From Leptospirales bacterium (lineage in GTDB: Bacteria; Spirochaetota; Leptospiria; Turneriellales; JAOUFE01), in the NCBI GenBank assembly GCA_040326155.1, contig JBEQLE010000007.1, positions 16,990-80,989 on the forward strand: a stretch of DNA of 64,000 nucleotides, written 5' to 3'. The position numbers and the translations under genes were made by a program. Below the pieces are notes generated by a model. That model did not search any database. It was not told where the DNA came from and was given only the letters and a program-made list of their open reading frames with translations. This document shows, one piece after another, positions 1 to 9,604 of the stretch (position 1 is its first letter; every line of letters starts with the position of its first letter).

Positions 1-812
1 ATACCGGCGATCATGACGGACACCGCTTGTGAAATTCCCACTTTCTCGGGTTTTCGTAGTTTTAAAAACGAGTAAACAACCACCGCTGCCAACGCCACCA
101 TCAGCGAAACAACACTGTAGACGTTTATGGCCCGAAAAATATGAATATCCATGAAAAGCAGAAAATAAAGCGCGAAGCACAAAGGAGTAAACAAAAAGAG
201 AAGAGGCCACAGGTTTTTTACCTTCGAGAGGTTCTCTTGCCTGGCTATGTAACTTAAACCGATAATGTAACACCATAAAGCAAGCGGCGCCAACCATAGA
301 CCGGGTTGATGAAACAAAGTTACTTTCGTCAATGCAAATGCCACGCTGGCATAAACGAGCGCGCGACACAACCCCATCACCACCGGACCGAACCGATTCT
401 TCTTGTGACGCATATCGTAAAAAACAATGGCTGCGCCAAGCAATAACGCAAACAGAGGGCCGACTAAAACAGAGCCATGAAAAAACGCCGTTAAAGAGAG
501 GCCGAACATCCCCGAAATCAACAGGAGATAACCGACAATAAAAACAGTTTTTGCTGAAACTTTTCCCGAAGGAATCGGTCGCGACGGTTTTTCGACGGCA
601 TCGATATTTCGATCGTAGGCATCGTTTAGATACATACCGCCAATATATAATAAGGAGATTGAAAAACAGGCGACCAGCAATAGCGGCCAATCAGTCAGGG
701 AAAAGGACAAAGACGCTGTTTTTCGACTAATTATGGCGGCGGCAAGTACGTTTGTCCAGACCGTGGGCAGGTTAGAAACGCGTCCCAATGTAAACGCTGT
801 TTTCCAGATCAT
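1..812 (-). CDS. eboC: UbiA-family prenyltransferase (EboC-like), runs off the left edge
   Basis: Hand translation from ATG at 812 (overlaps eboE stop, ATGA): MIWKTAFTLGRVSNLPTVWTNVLAA..., with Asp-rich NDAYDRNIDAVEKPSRPIPSG motif and hydrophobic helices; downstream of eboD/eboE. Confidence 0.8.
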   Translation of the reverse strand, partial: MIWKTAFTLGRVSNLPTVWTNVLAAAIISRKTASLSFSLTDWPLLLVACFSISLLYIGGMYLNDAYDRNIDAVEKPSRPIPSGKVSAKTVFIVGYLLLISGMFGLSLTAFFHGSVLVGPLFALLLGAAIVFYDMRHKKNRFGPVVMGLCRALVYASVAFALTKVTLFHQPGLWLAPLALWCYIIGLSYIARQENLSKVKNLWPLLFLFTPLCFALYFLLFMDIHIFRAINVYSVVSLMVALAAVVVYSFLKLRKPEKVGISQAVSVMIAG

Positions 813-2119
813 TTTTCCATCTCTTGTTTCGCCCAGAGAATCTCTTTTGCAATACTCTGTTCAATCGGCAGATTTTGAAGCCTGGCGGGCAATACATTCC
901 AGGTGTAGGTTTCCACTTCAAAATGATCTGAAAGCGGAGTTCTCTTGTGCAGGGCCAGAATTTTCGACGTATAATGAGACGTTGTTTGCAGCGCGTTCCT
1001 ATTCCCTTTTGCCTGGTAAAATAACGGAACATGGTAATGAACACGCCATGTCGCAGCTTCGGTTGATGAAATTTCAGAAGAGGCATTCTCAGATGCCAAA
1101 GCGTCTGGAAGATCTAAATATTGTTTCAAGACGCCTGTTTTTTTCAAGACGCCTGTTTTTTTCACGACGACCTGGTGTAGATAAACGGGGTCGATAAAAT
1201 CGCGTATCGCCTCAAACTCAGTTCTATCGAATTCAAATTCTAGACCGGCGCTTAACTGAATTTTTCCAATTTGTATGTCCGAAGCCTGCAACGCTCGAAT
1301 CGACTCTGTGGGGTCTTCAAACATCACCGCCATGTGACAACAGTCGAGGCAGATGCCCAGGTGTTCGCGAATGGTTTGCCGCGCCTGTTCAGATGAGATG
1401 CCTGACTCTTTTTGTATTTTTTCAATATGATTCGGCGTAAAAATATATTTTTGCATAAATTGAATACATTCTGCGGTTGTTTCTAACGCGCAGGCAGGTT
1501 CGGGTTCCAGAGTGAGCATTATAGAGCACCCGGTTTCTTCTTTCAGTTTTCGAAGCTCAATAACCATTTTTATTAAGTTTTGCGCTGCTTTGTCGAAATC
1601 TGTTTCGTTTTTAAAATCTTCGCGAAAACCCAGGGGAACACTACTAATTGAGCCATCCACTGTAGATATTTTCTTTGCGCCCGTATTATAAACAGGAACC
1701 ATTTTGGCTAAAAGTCTGGCCAGATTAAGAGTGTAGTCGTAGCGCTCTTTTGTGCACCAATCGGGTCGATACACATTTTCTTTAATTTTTTGCCCGTGAA
1801 AAGCGCCATATGGAAAACCATTTAAAGTAAAAACATAGAGACCTTCTTCTTGTAAAAAAGACAAAAATGAATCGAGAACGCTTTGTTTACTTAAAGCATT
1901 TGCCGCAATAGCCGAAATTCGCAGGCCAAACCCGAAATTATCGTTCGGACTCACCCTTTTTTTCACCAGGGGAAGTTTTTCACGTAAATGGCGAAAATGC
2001 TCGTCCCACTCTTCGCCGGGGTGAATATTAGAACAATATCCCAGGTGAATATTCTCTACCAACAAATGATTTACCTTAACTACCCTCGTGAATTGAATTG
2101 CCAACTTGAGAGATGGCAA
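809..2119 (-). CDS. eboE: EboE-family TIM-barrel (xylose isomerase-like) metabolite traffic protein; true start probably near 2060
   Basis: Motifs HLGYCSNIHPGE, TLNGFPYGAFH, KENVYRPDW, LEPEP, WRVHYHVPL, EVETYTW. Confidence 0.85.
   Translation of the reverse strand: MPSLKLAIQFTRVVKVNHLLVENIHLGYCSNIHPGEEWDEHFRHLREKLPLVKKRVSPNDNFGFGLRISAIAANALSKQSVLDSFLSFLQEEGLYVFTLNGFPYGAFHGQKIKENVYRPDWCTKERYDYTLNLARLLAKMVPVYNTGAKKISTVDGSISSVPLGFREDFKNETDFDKAAQNLIKMVIELRKLKEETGCSIMLTLEPEPACALETTAECIQFMQKYIFTPNHIEKIQKESGISSEQARQTIREHLGICLDCCHMAVMFEDPTESIRALQASDIQIGKIQLSAGLEFEFDRTEFEAIRDFIDPVYLHQVVVKKTGVLKKTGVLKQYLDLPDALASENASSEISSTEAATWRVHYHVPLFYQAKGNRNALQTTSHYTSKILALHKRTPLSDHFEVETYTWNVLPARLQNLPIEQSIAKEILWAKQEMEK
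1124..1164. repeat. 18-bp in-frame tandem duplication in eboE (KKTGVL x2)
   Basis: tttcaagacgcctgtttt at 1124-1141 and 1142-1159, plus a partial third unit. Confidence 0.9.
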
Positions 2120-3284
2120 GCGACATTGTCTCTTGTTCTATATGGTTCACTTCACAACTTTGACCTAAAGCTGTTAACAGAGTAATACTCAGCTCACCGC
2201 CTAAGTGCTCCCGAAAATCTTCAAGGCCCTGTAACAAATCTTCCAGGCTTTGCTCCACCAAAAGAAGGGGATGATGAAGCGGCAGTCCCAACTTTTTTAA
2301 AGTATGGTAAACTCTTAGCTCGTCTTTTTCGCTCAACATTCCCATTAAAACCGCATATCGATTGTCAATGACTATACCCATCGCCACAGCCTCCCCATGA
2401 CGAATTTCAAACGAACTCAAGGTTTCCAGACGGTGGGCAATCCAATGACCAAAGTCCAGTGGACGGGAATTGCCCACCTCAAAAGGATCACCGTTTTGAG
2501 CGATATGCTCCATGTGAAGTTGCGCGCAGTGACGAATCATATGCGACGAAGCATTCGGGTCAAAACTACGCAACAAAGCGGCGCTCTCTTCCAGCCAGTA
2601 AAAAAAATTAACGTCACGTATAAGGGCGACTTTCAGAGCTTCGGATAAACCCGCAATTCGATCTCGGGGTGGCAATGTTGCTAAAAACGTAAAGTCGTTC
2701 AAAACCGCAAAAGGCGGCGCAAAAGTTCCCATAAGATTTTTAGTCCCAAAGGCGTTTATTCCATTTTTTACCCCCACCCCAGCATCATTCTGCGAAAGAA
2801 CAGTCGTTGGAACTCTGACCAGACGAACACCCCGATGAAACAGAGCGGCGGCAAAGCCAACAAGATCGAGAATAGCCCCTCCCCCAATGGCAATTAAGTA
2901 AGAGTGACGGTCCATGGAGTTTTCGTGCAGCAAAGAGAGTATTTGCTTCAATCGTTCTGGACTGTTTTTCGCCGCTTCCCCTCCCGGTATCACCAAAGTA
3001 GCCATCAGGTCGATCTGATCGCGGTAACGTTCTGCATAATCCGACACTCTGGTTAACAATTCGGGGGTAGTTTTAGCGACACCCTCATCCAGGACAATTA
3101 CACATTTCGATATTCCAGCATGCTTATCGTGTCGCCCCGCTTCCGATGACACCGCGTTTAAAATATTCGCAAACAAAGGGTCATCCACATCAAACAGCGA
3201 ATGACAAAAACAGACTTTAAATTCATAAGCGACTTGAAACTTTTGTGTGTAGGTGAATGTGGTTTCAGTAAATCCGGTATTCAT
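2076..3284 (-). CDS. eboD: 3-dehydroquinate synthase-like sugar phosphate cyclase (EboD)
   Basis: GGEAAKN, IGGGAILD, PTTVLSQNDAGVGVKNG, RPLDFGHWIAH, HGEAV motifs; adjacent to eboE and eboC. Confidence 0.85.
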   Translation of the reverse strand: MNTGFTETTFTYTQKFQVAYEFKVCFCHSLFDVDDPLFANILNAVSSEAGRHDKHAGISKCVIVLDEGVAKTTPELLTRVSDYAERYRDQIDLMATLVIPGGEAAKNSPERLKQILSLLHENSMDRHSYLIAIGGGAILDLVGFAAALFHRGVRLVRVPTTVLSQNDAGVGVKNGINAFGTKNLMGTFAPPFAVLNDFTFLATLPPRDRIAGLSEALKVALIRDVNFFYWLEESAALLRSFDPNASSHMIRHCAQLHMEHIAQNGDPFEVGNSRPLDFGHWIAHRLETLSSFEIRHGEAVAMGIVIDNRYAVLMGMLSEKDELRVYHTLKKLGLPLHHPLLLVEQSLEDLLQGLEDFREHLGGELSITLLTALGQSCEVNHIEQETMSLAISQVGNSIHEGS

Positions 3285-3314
3285 TTTCCCCTTCTAAACC
3301 ATCAACAAGTGGTA

Positions 3315-3342
3315 ATTATAATACGGATAAACATTTTGTCAA
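3315..3342 (-). promoter_or_regulatory. Consensus sigma70 promoter for the ebo operon
   Basis: Minus strand TTGACA-N16-TATAAT, ~30 bp upstream of the eboD ATG. Confidence 0.7.
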
Positions 3343-3384
3343 AGATTTACAGTATGAAAAACCGGTCTTTCAGAAGACTATTGC

Positions 3385-4122
3385 TTAAATCTCAGAAAAC
3401 ACTTTGTCGTCCAAGTCGAGGTTGAATTTAACCTTGATAAACTCGTTTCTTTTTAACATTTTGCCGTTTTTGTCATACTCTGTGCGCTGAAAAGGGAAGA
3501 ACGTGCGAGGGTTGATCAGAAAGTGGGAGTATTTTATAGAGTTACTTTGTTCCGGGTCGCTGGAGGAAACAATAAAAAGGTATGCCTTTTTGCCTTTAAA
3601 GTCCACCACACCTTTATTTTCAAATGAATAAATATTGTTGGTTAACATTTTCTTGTGGGTCTTTATAAGATACCCCCAGTCGGCGTGTTCAATACCATAT
3701 CCACGTAGATCATGCAGCTTTGCATCGGTAACATCAAGCTCTTCCATGGAAAAAAGTTTTTGCATAAACCGGGTAACTTTACCTCCGGCTCGCACCTTGA
3801 CTTTACTTTTGTCTCCGTTGTGATCATAAAGCATGATCGTACCTTTATCTTTTCCACTTAGTATTTCCATGCGCACCTTGCCCGGATTTTTATAATAAAG
3901 GTGGTAAGTTTCTGACTGCTTGGAATTGCGTTTCGACGAATAAGAGTTACTGTACATCTCGTAGTCAACCAGTCTCGCAAACCTTTTTTCCATATTGCTA
4001 AGCATTTTTTTAAATGAAATCTTACTTGAACCCTCCGGCGAATGAATGCCAGCAAAGCCACCAGGAACAAATAAGAAAAGTATTAGAGTAAGATATTTTA
4101 GTTTCACAATGTTATTATACAT
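3385..4122 (-). CDS. Secreted LolA/outer-membrane lipoprotein-sorting-fold protein
   Basis: Signal peptide; YKNPGKVRME and C-terminal NLDLDDKVF pattern typical of LolA-like proteins. Confidence 0.6.
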   Translation of the reverse strand: MYNNIVKLKYLTLILFLFVPGGFAGIHSPEGSSKISFKKMLSNMEKRFARLVDYEMYSNSYSSKRNSKQSETYHLYYKNPGKVRMEILSGKDKGTIMLYDHNGDKSKVKVRAGGKVTRFMQKLFSMEELDVTDAKLHDLRGYGIEHADWGYLIKTHKKMLTNNIYSFENKGVVDFKGKKAYLFIVSSSDPEQSNSIKYSHFLINPRTFFPFQRTEYDKNGKMLKRNEFIKVKFNLDLDDKVFSEI

Positions 4123-4156
4123 TCTGTTCTGGCAACAGAAGTCCCTGATTTAACAC

Positions 4157-4185
4157 ACTATACACAAATTTCGATCTATTGTCAA
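4157..4185 (-). promoter_or_regulatory. sigma70 promoter (extended -10) for the LolA-like gene
   Basis: Minus strand TTGACA-N17-TATAGT with TG upstream of the -10. Confidence 0.6.
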
Positions 4186-4303
4186 TATTAATTTTCAATT
4201 ATACCAGACCGTTCACCAATGGTGCGCATAAGAAACTATGGCAAAGCTGTCTTCTCCCCGGGTTTTCGTTCGAAAAACCACGTACTTACCGTTCACCATA
4301 TCC

Positions 4304-4397
4304 CAATCCTGTAAATCATGTTAATCCTGTCTACCCCTCTTAAACCACGAAAATACAAAAGCAAAGAAAAGAAAATTCGACAGGATTTACAGGATTG
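4304..4397. repeat. Inverted repeat built from AATCCTGT units (REP/MITE-like)
   Basis: caatcctgtaaatc..aatcctgtc (4304-4331) versus gacaggatttacaggattg (4379-4397). Confidence 0.7.
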
Positions 4398-4435
4398 TGC
4401 ATGATTAAAGATCCACACCTTGTTTTTTTCGGAAA

Positions 4436-4462
4436 AAACTTCAAACGTTAATCGAACGAAGC
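4436..4462 (+). repeat. Dispersed intergenic repeat, copy A (partial)
   Basis: aaacttcaaac-N3-aatcgaacgaagc core shared with 4674-4700 and 11658-11684. Confidence 0.75.
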
Positions 4463-4651
4463 AAAATAAACCGGTATTCTGCAGTATATTGACGAGTTTT
4501 GTTAAAGATTCAACAACCAAAAAAACAAAAAGATTTTTAGTGGTCTTCTTGATCGGATTGGGGGGTGATGAAGGCTCTTCCCGAATGGGAAAGCCGGAGT
4601 CAGGGGGGTTTGTACTCAACACCAAGTGTAAAAAAACCGACCCCCCACCTG

Positions 4652-4756
4652 AACCACGTTTTTTGGCTGTGAAAAACTTCAAACTACAATCGAACGAAGC
4701 GATGCTCAAAAAACCGAAGGATTTTTTGAGCCACTAAAGAAATAAGTTGCCTATCT
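4652..4756 (+). repeat. Dispersed intergenic repeat, copy B
   Basis: aaccacgtttttt..aaacttcaaactacaatcgaacgaagc..gctcaaaaaaccgaaggattttttgagc, aligns with 11637-11735. Confidence 0.85.
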
Positions 4757-4789
4757 CGTTCGCTGACGCATTTTGGCTAAGTAGACATT

Positions 4790-5935
4790 ATGGATAAAAA
4801 AATTTTAATAATCGAAGATGATGAAACCCAGCGTGAACTGATGGTACAGATGATCTCTCACCTCGGATATCAGGTGAAATCAGCTGGCACAGGAAAAGAA
4901 GGGCTTGATTTGCTCACAGCCGAGGAATTTGACCTCACAATGATCGACATTCACCTTCCTGACACATCTGGTTTTCAGGTGATGAACGATATTCAGACCG
5001 GATCAGCTCCGGCATCTAAAAATACCATTATATTGCTTATGAGCGTCGACACTTCTGATGAGAGCGCTATTTTAGGAATTTCTAGCGGAGCCGATGGATA
5101 CATTGGCAAACCCATACGTTTAAACGAACTAGCCCAGAAATTAGGCTCGCTGATGAAAATCGAAGTTACGGGAGAGCAGATAAAAGAAATAAGCGAGGAA
5201 ATTCGTAAAGTAGAAAATTCTTCAAGTACCTGGTCTAGAGATCTGCTCAACTACATGCTGGAAGATGGGGCGGGACGAAAAAATGACTATCTGGTGACCT
5301 TTGCCTCTGTTTTGACTATACGGGTGAACGGCCTCGACGAGATGACAGACACCCTTGAATCGGACGCATTTCATAAAGAGCTGCGAACGCTTATTGACGA
5401 CCTCTCGAGAATTGTTTATAAAAATCGTGGTTCTATGAATCACATTGTAAATGAAACTATAATGTCAACTTTCGGAACACCTGTTGTTTACGACCTCGAT
5501 ACTTTAAATGCCTTAATTTGCGCCGGTGAACTTTTAGAGTTTTTTCAAACGTACCGGGAACGTGTAAAGGCAACGTATAAAATTGAACCAAAAATCACCA
5601 TTGGAATTACATCGGGTAAAATCTACTCAGGCAGTATATCCGGGGTCCGCCGTTTGAACCACGCCGTTTTAGGGCAACCCGTTCGCCGAGCCCAGTTATT
5701 AATCAGTCTAGACCATCAAGAGGGTAACCGGTTATTAATAGACCAGGAAACGAAAAAAGTCATCGAAGATTATGCCGAACTGGTAGAATTCGACCCTTCG
5801 AATACCAGCTTTAAAAAAGACGATCTCTTTGAGTTGAAATCTATTGATTACGAAAAGGTGTACGCTCTTCCAAATTTCAAGAAACAATACACACCGAAAG
5901 ATTCGATTAGCGATGAAGGGTATGAAAAACTTTAA
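4790..5935 (+). CDS. Response regulator with a degenerate class III nucleotide cyclase domain
   Basis: N-terminal REC (EDD, DLTMID, KP); C-terminal cyclase-like fold (IGITSGKIYSG) lacking catalytic residues. Confidence 0.75.
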   Translation: MDKKILIIEDDETQRELMVQMISHLGYQVKSAGTGKEGLDLLTAEEFDLTMIDIHLPDTSGFQVMNDIQTGSAPASKNTIILLMSVDTSDESAILGISSGADGYIGKPIRLNELAQKLGSLMKIEVTGEQIKEISEEIRKVENSSSTWSRDLLNYMLEDGAGRKNDYLVTFASVLTIRVNGLDEMTDTLESDAFHKELRTLIDDLSRIVYKNRGSMNHIVNETIMSTFGTPVVYDLDTLNALICAGELLEFFQTYRERVKATYKIEPKITIGITSGKIYSGSISGVRRLNHAVLGQPVRRAQLLISLDHQEGNRLLIDQETKKVIEDYAELVEFDPSNTSFKKDDLFELKSIDYEKVYALPNFKKQYTPKDSISDEGYEKL

Positions 5936-5937
5936 GG

Positions 5938-6489
5938 CTATTTCCAGACCGTTCGTCTGTACCGAATAAAATAAGAAATAATTCCGCCTGTAAGTAGAAA
6001 AAGAACCGGAATATTTGTCCACTCCTTGTGCGGCCAGTCCATCAGATACCAGACCCCGGAAATAGCTATTGCAAAAACCCCTACTTTACCCCAGTAGTTG
6101 GGTTTACCAAGCAGGTTTCTTTTCGTCAATAAGAACATGCCATAAAAAGTTCCAACAACTTCACGTAAAAAAATGAAAAGAAAAATCGCCAGTGGATAAT
6201 CTCTTTTTGCATATAAAAGATAAAGACCAATTAAAATTGCAATTTTATCGGCAACCGGATCGAGATATTGCCCGAGTGGAGTCTCTTGCCCAAGCTTACG
6301 CGCTAAAGCCCCATCAAAATAATCAGACGCTACCATTAGGCTGACAATTAAAAGTGCATAATAATTATAATTTTCGCCTTCGTATAAAATAAAATAAGAA
6401 AGTGGAAGAATGAATATTATACGTGAAAGTGATAAAAAATTAGAGAGGGTAAAAACTCGATGGGTAATAAAAAGTTCTATGATTTTCAT
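5938..6489 (-). CDS. CDP-alcohol phosphatidyltransferase (PgsA-like)
   Basis: Signature DYFDGALARKLGQETPLGQYLDPVADK. Confidence 0.9.
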   Translation of the reverse strand: MKIIELFITHRVFTLSNFLSLSRIIFILPLSYFILYEGENYNYYALLIVSLMVASDYFDGALARKLGQETPLGQYLDPVADKIAILIGLYLLYAKRDYPLAIFLFIFLREVVGTFYGMFLLTKRNLLGKPNYWGKVGVFAIAISGVWYLMDWPHKEWTNIPVLFLLTGGIISYFIRYRRTVWK

Positions 6490-6513
6490 TTGTATTTATC
6501 TCAAAACTTTTAA

Positions 6514-7788
6514 TCATTTTCTTACTATCGTACTCTCCCGCCCCGGTCCAACTGAAATCCAGCGAATTGGTACACCCGCGAATTTTTCGATGGCTTGAAC
6601 ATACTTTCTTGCATTTTTAGGCAGATCGAGAAAATTCCGACACTCGGTAATGGGTTCTTTCCACCCTGGGAATTCATCATATATGACTTCAATTTTATCG
6701 TACTCAGAAGCTGGAAAATGGTTAATTCGAGTTTTATTGAGTTCATAACCCACACCGATTTTTATCGAATCGTATTCATCCAATACATCTAATTTGGTCA
6801 ACACGAGTCCGTTCAATCCGTTTACCCTCGCCGCATGGCGAATAACCTCAACATCGAGCCAACCCACCCGGCGTGGACGCCCTGTAGTTGCCCCGTACTC
6901 ACCGCCCACTTTACGCAAGTGTTCCGCCTCATCGCCGAATACTTCGGTCGGAAAAGGCCCCTCGCCCACTCTTGTGGTGTATGCTTTTGTTATTCCTATA
7001 ACATCGTTTATATGACGAAAATTTACGCCTGTGCCGGCAATTGCCCCACCCGTTGTCGGGTTTGAGCTGGTAACAAAAGGGTATGTGCCGTGGTCAAGGT
7101 CGAGCATCGTTCCCTGGGCTCCTTCTAACAAAACCCTTTTTTCGGAAGATAACTCCATGTTTAAATAGTAGGAGCCGTTTACTACAAATTTCTTCATTCT
7201 CTCACCGACACTTTGTAAGTGCTCGGTGACCTTTTTCAAGTCAAGGGGCTCCAGGTTGTATACTTTTTCAAGAATTTCGGATTTTTTTTGTACAATATGA
7301 GGAAGGCGAATTTCATAAAACGACTTGGAGTATAGATCGCCGACACGAATTCCAATACGATCGACTTTATCGGCATAACACATACCGATACCCCTTTTGG
7401 TCGTTCCAATTTTATTATCAGCCGAAGAACGTTCTTCTATTTTTCGGTCCATTAAACTGTGGTGTTCTAATAGTATATGAGCATTATCGGAAATTCTCAA
7501 TCGGTCTTCATATTGAATTCCTTTCGATTCGAGTTCCCCTAACTCTTCAAAAAAGGCTTCGGGATCAATCGCCATCCCCCCACCTAAAACACAAATTACA
7601 TTTGGATATAAGATTCCCGATGGTATTAAGTGAAAAACATACGTTTTTCCGTCTACTTTTACAGTATGTCCGGCGTTTGCTCCACCCTGGTAACGAACAA
7701 CAATGTCCATGTCATTGGCTAAAAAATCAATAACTTTGGCTTTTCCCTCGTCACCCCACTGTGTACCTATGATAATTGTTGCAGGCAT
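6514..7788 (-). CDS. purA: Adenylosuccinate synthetase
   Basis: QWGDEGK, GGANAGHT, EGAQG, GATTGRPRR, TKLDVL; start trimmed to MPATIIIG. Confidence 0.97.
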   Translation of the reverse strand: MPATIIIGTQWGDEGKAKVIDFLANDMDIVVRYQGGANAGHTVKVDGKTYVFHLIPSGILYPNVICVLGGGMAIDPEAFFEELGELESKGIQYEDRLRISDNAHILLEHHSLMDRKIEERSSADNKIGTTKRGIGMCYADKVDRIGIRVGDLYSKSFYEIRLPHIVQKKSEILEKVYNLEPLDLKKVTEHLQSVGERMKKFVVNGSYYLNMELSSEKRVLLEGAQGTMLDLDHGTYPFVTSSNPTTGGAIAGTGVNFRHINDVIGITKAYTTRVGEGPFPTEVFGDEAEHLRKVGGEYGATTGRPRRVGWLDVEVIRHAARVNGLNGLVLTKLDVLDEYDSIKIGVGYELNKTRINHFPASEYDKIEVIYDEFPGWKEPITECRNFLDLPKNARKYVQAIEKFAGVPIRWISVGPGRESTIVRK

Positions 7789-7829
7789 AAGGTCAAAAAC
7801 CGTTTCGGCTATAGACAAACAAACTTTTT

Positions 7830-8606
7830 TTACCCACCTTGTATATGCAAACGAGTTTTTCCATATCTGTACATGACAAACCCGATAAAATAAATTATAA
7901 CAATAACCAGCACCTGCCGCAAAAGGGCGTATTCAAAAGGAAAATCGTCACGTAAAAGTTTCATAGAGGGTAAATAAAAGAGATATGGATACGGAGTAAA
8001 TATGGCAAATTTTTGAACAGACTCCGGCAATATCTGTAAAGGCAATATGGAACCCGATAACAGGGAAACAGCAGAAGAATTTAATAACCAGAGAGGGAAA
8101 TTATCGGTTATATAAAAAGAAGCCACCCCGAACATGAAAAGCAGACCGTGAAAAATAAAAAAACTAAAAACATAGCTGAGTAAAAACTCAATATCAAACC
8201 CTTTTGGCGGGGAAATCTCGAAAAAATAAATGGCAAGGGCAATTAACGGAATTCCTCTTGAAAAAATCTGAAAAATCCAGGAGCCTACGGCGTCGGCAAG
8301 GGTCATCATTGGCAGCGAAAAGGGTTTAAGTAGGTCAACCGCGATCTCGCCGGTACGAACCCTCTGGCCGATAAAGTCTCTGGTTTTAACCACCGTAACC
8401 TTAATCAAGGTGGCAAAAATTGCGTAGTTGATCATTAACTCTCTGGTAAGGCCATTTTTAGTCTGCCCCTCGACGAATACAGCGCCCCAGATCGAGGTAA
8501 AAATAAACATATAAAGCAGAGCGTTCAACAGGGAAACAAAATACTCAAGCCGATAGGCCATATTGCGCTGGAAGCTTTTAATCGTCCACTTCCAGAAAAC
8601 GATCAT
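7830..8606 (-). CDS. ABC-2 family transporter permease (DUF990-like)
   Basis: MAYRLEY, GEIAVDLLKP, LLSGSILPL, C-terminal IQGG. Confidence 0.85.
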   Translation of the reverse strand: MIVFWKWTIKSFQRNMAYRLEYFVSLLNALLYMFIFTSIWGAVFVEGQTKNGLTRELMINYAIFATLIKVTVVKTRDFIGQRVRTGEIAVDLLKPFSLPMMTLADAVGSWIFQIFSRGIPLIALAIYFFEISPPKGFDIEFLLSYVFSFFIFHGLLFMFGVASFYITDNFPLWLLNSSAVSLLSGSILPLQILPESVQKFAIFTPYPYLFYLPSMKLLRDDFPFEYALLRQVLVIVIIYFIGFVMYRYGKTRLHIQGG

Positions 8607-9604
8607 TTAACGTCCTTGTAAATGCGGGTAAGAACCTCTTCCAGAGAACCCGACTCCATAATCATATCTTTGAGTTCCCCCCAGGACCCAAGGGCGGCGA
8701 GCATTTTTTCATAATTCACTTCCCGACGATTCAATTCAAACTCGTATGTACTACCCCGTTTTTCAATAATAGTCACACCAGGGGGAAGCTTTCGCTCTGT
8801 AATTTTATCGCCAAATGTTATAATCATTCGGGTATGAAAAGAGTGCTTATTTATAAAACTTTTTAGAGCCCCGTCATATAAAACAGAACCTTTATCAATT
8901 AGAATAAGACGATTTGCGATATTTTCAATATCTCCAAGGTCGTGGCTGGTAATTAAAATGGTTGTTTGTCGTTCTTGGTTAATCTTTTTTATCAGAGTTC
9001 GGAACTTCTCTCTGGCCAGAATATCAAGCCCGATGGTGGGTTCGTCCAGAAAAAGCACCGAGGGGTTATGTATAAGGGAGGCGGCAAGGTCGGCGCGAAC
9101 CCGTTGTCCCAGAGATAAACGACGAACAGGTTGACTCCAAAAGTCGAATATACCGAGCGTTTCGTTAAAATAGTCGAGATTTTTTTTATATTCGGTTTTA
9201 TCTACCCGATAAATTGCCTGTAAAAGATCGAAAGATTCGCTTACGGGAAGGTCCCACCAGAGTTGGGTTCTTTGACCAAACATTACGCCAAGTTTCATGG
9301 CATATTTCTTCTTGTGTTTGAAGGGGTTTAACCCATTTACCCTGATTTGGCCATTCGTTGGATATAAAATACCCGACATCATTTTAATTGTAGTCGATTT
9401 ACCGGCCCCGTTTGGACCCACATAACCTACAAGTTCACCCCGGTTAATATTAAAAGAGACGTCTTTTACCGCTTCAATATGGTTGTAATAAGGGGAAAAA
9501 AGAGCTTTTACTGCGCCCCAGACTCCTGGATTTTTCTTTAAAACACGAAAGGTCTTTTTTAAACTGGAGACCTGTATCAGTGGTTCACCGCCAGAATCAT
9601 CCAT
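8603..9604 (-). CDS. ABC transporter ATP-binding protein
   Basis: GPNGAGKST, LSLGQR, LFLDEPTIGLD, SHD. Confidence 0.92.
   Translation of the reverse strand: MDDSGGEPLIQVSSLKKTFRVLKKNPGVWGAVKALFSPYYNHIEAVKDVSFNINRGELVGYVGPNGAGKSTTIKMMSGILYPTNGQIRVNGLNPFKHKKKYAMKLGVMFGQRTQLWWDLPVSESFDLLQAIYRVDKTEYKKNLDYFNETLGIFDFWSQPVRRLSLGQRVRADLAASLIHNPSVLFLDEPTIGLDILAREKFRTLIKKINQERQTTILITSHDLGDIENIANRLILIDKGSVLYDGALKSFINKHSFHTRMIITFGDKITERKLPPGVTIIEKRGSTYEFELNRREVNYEKMLAALGSWGELKDMIMESGSLEEVLTRIYKDVK

Noticed and set aside
4293..4737. ORFs 4293-4709 (-) and 4420-4737 (+)
   Set aside because: Overlap non-coding repeat elements; no recognisable protein features
7830..9604. ABC-2 system with one permease as a novel architecture
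   Set aside because: The second permease may be elsewhere in the genome; cannot be judged here
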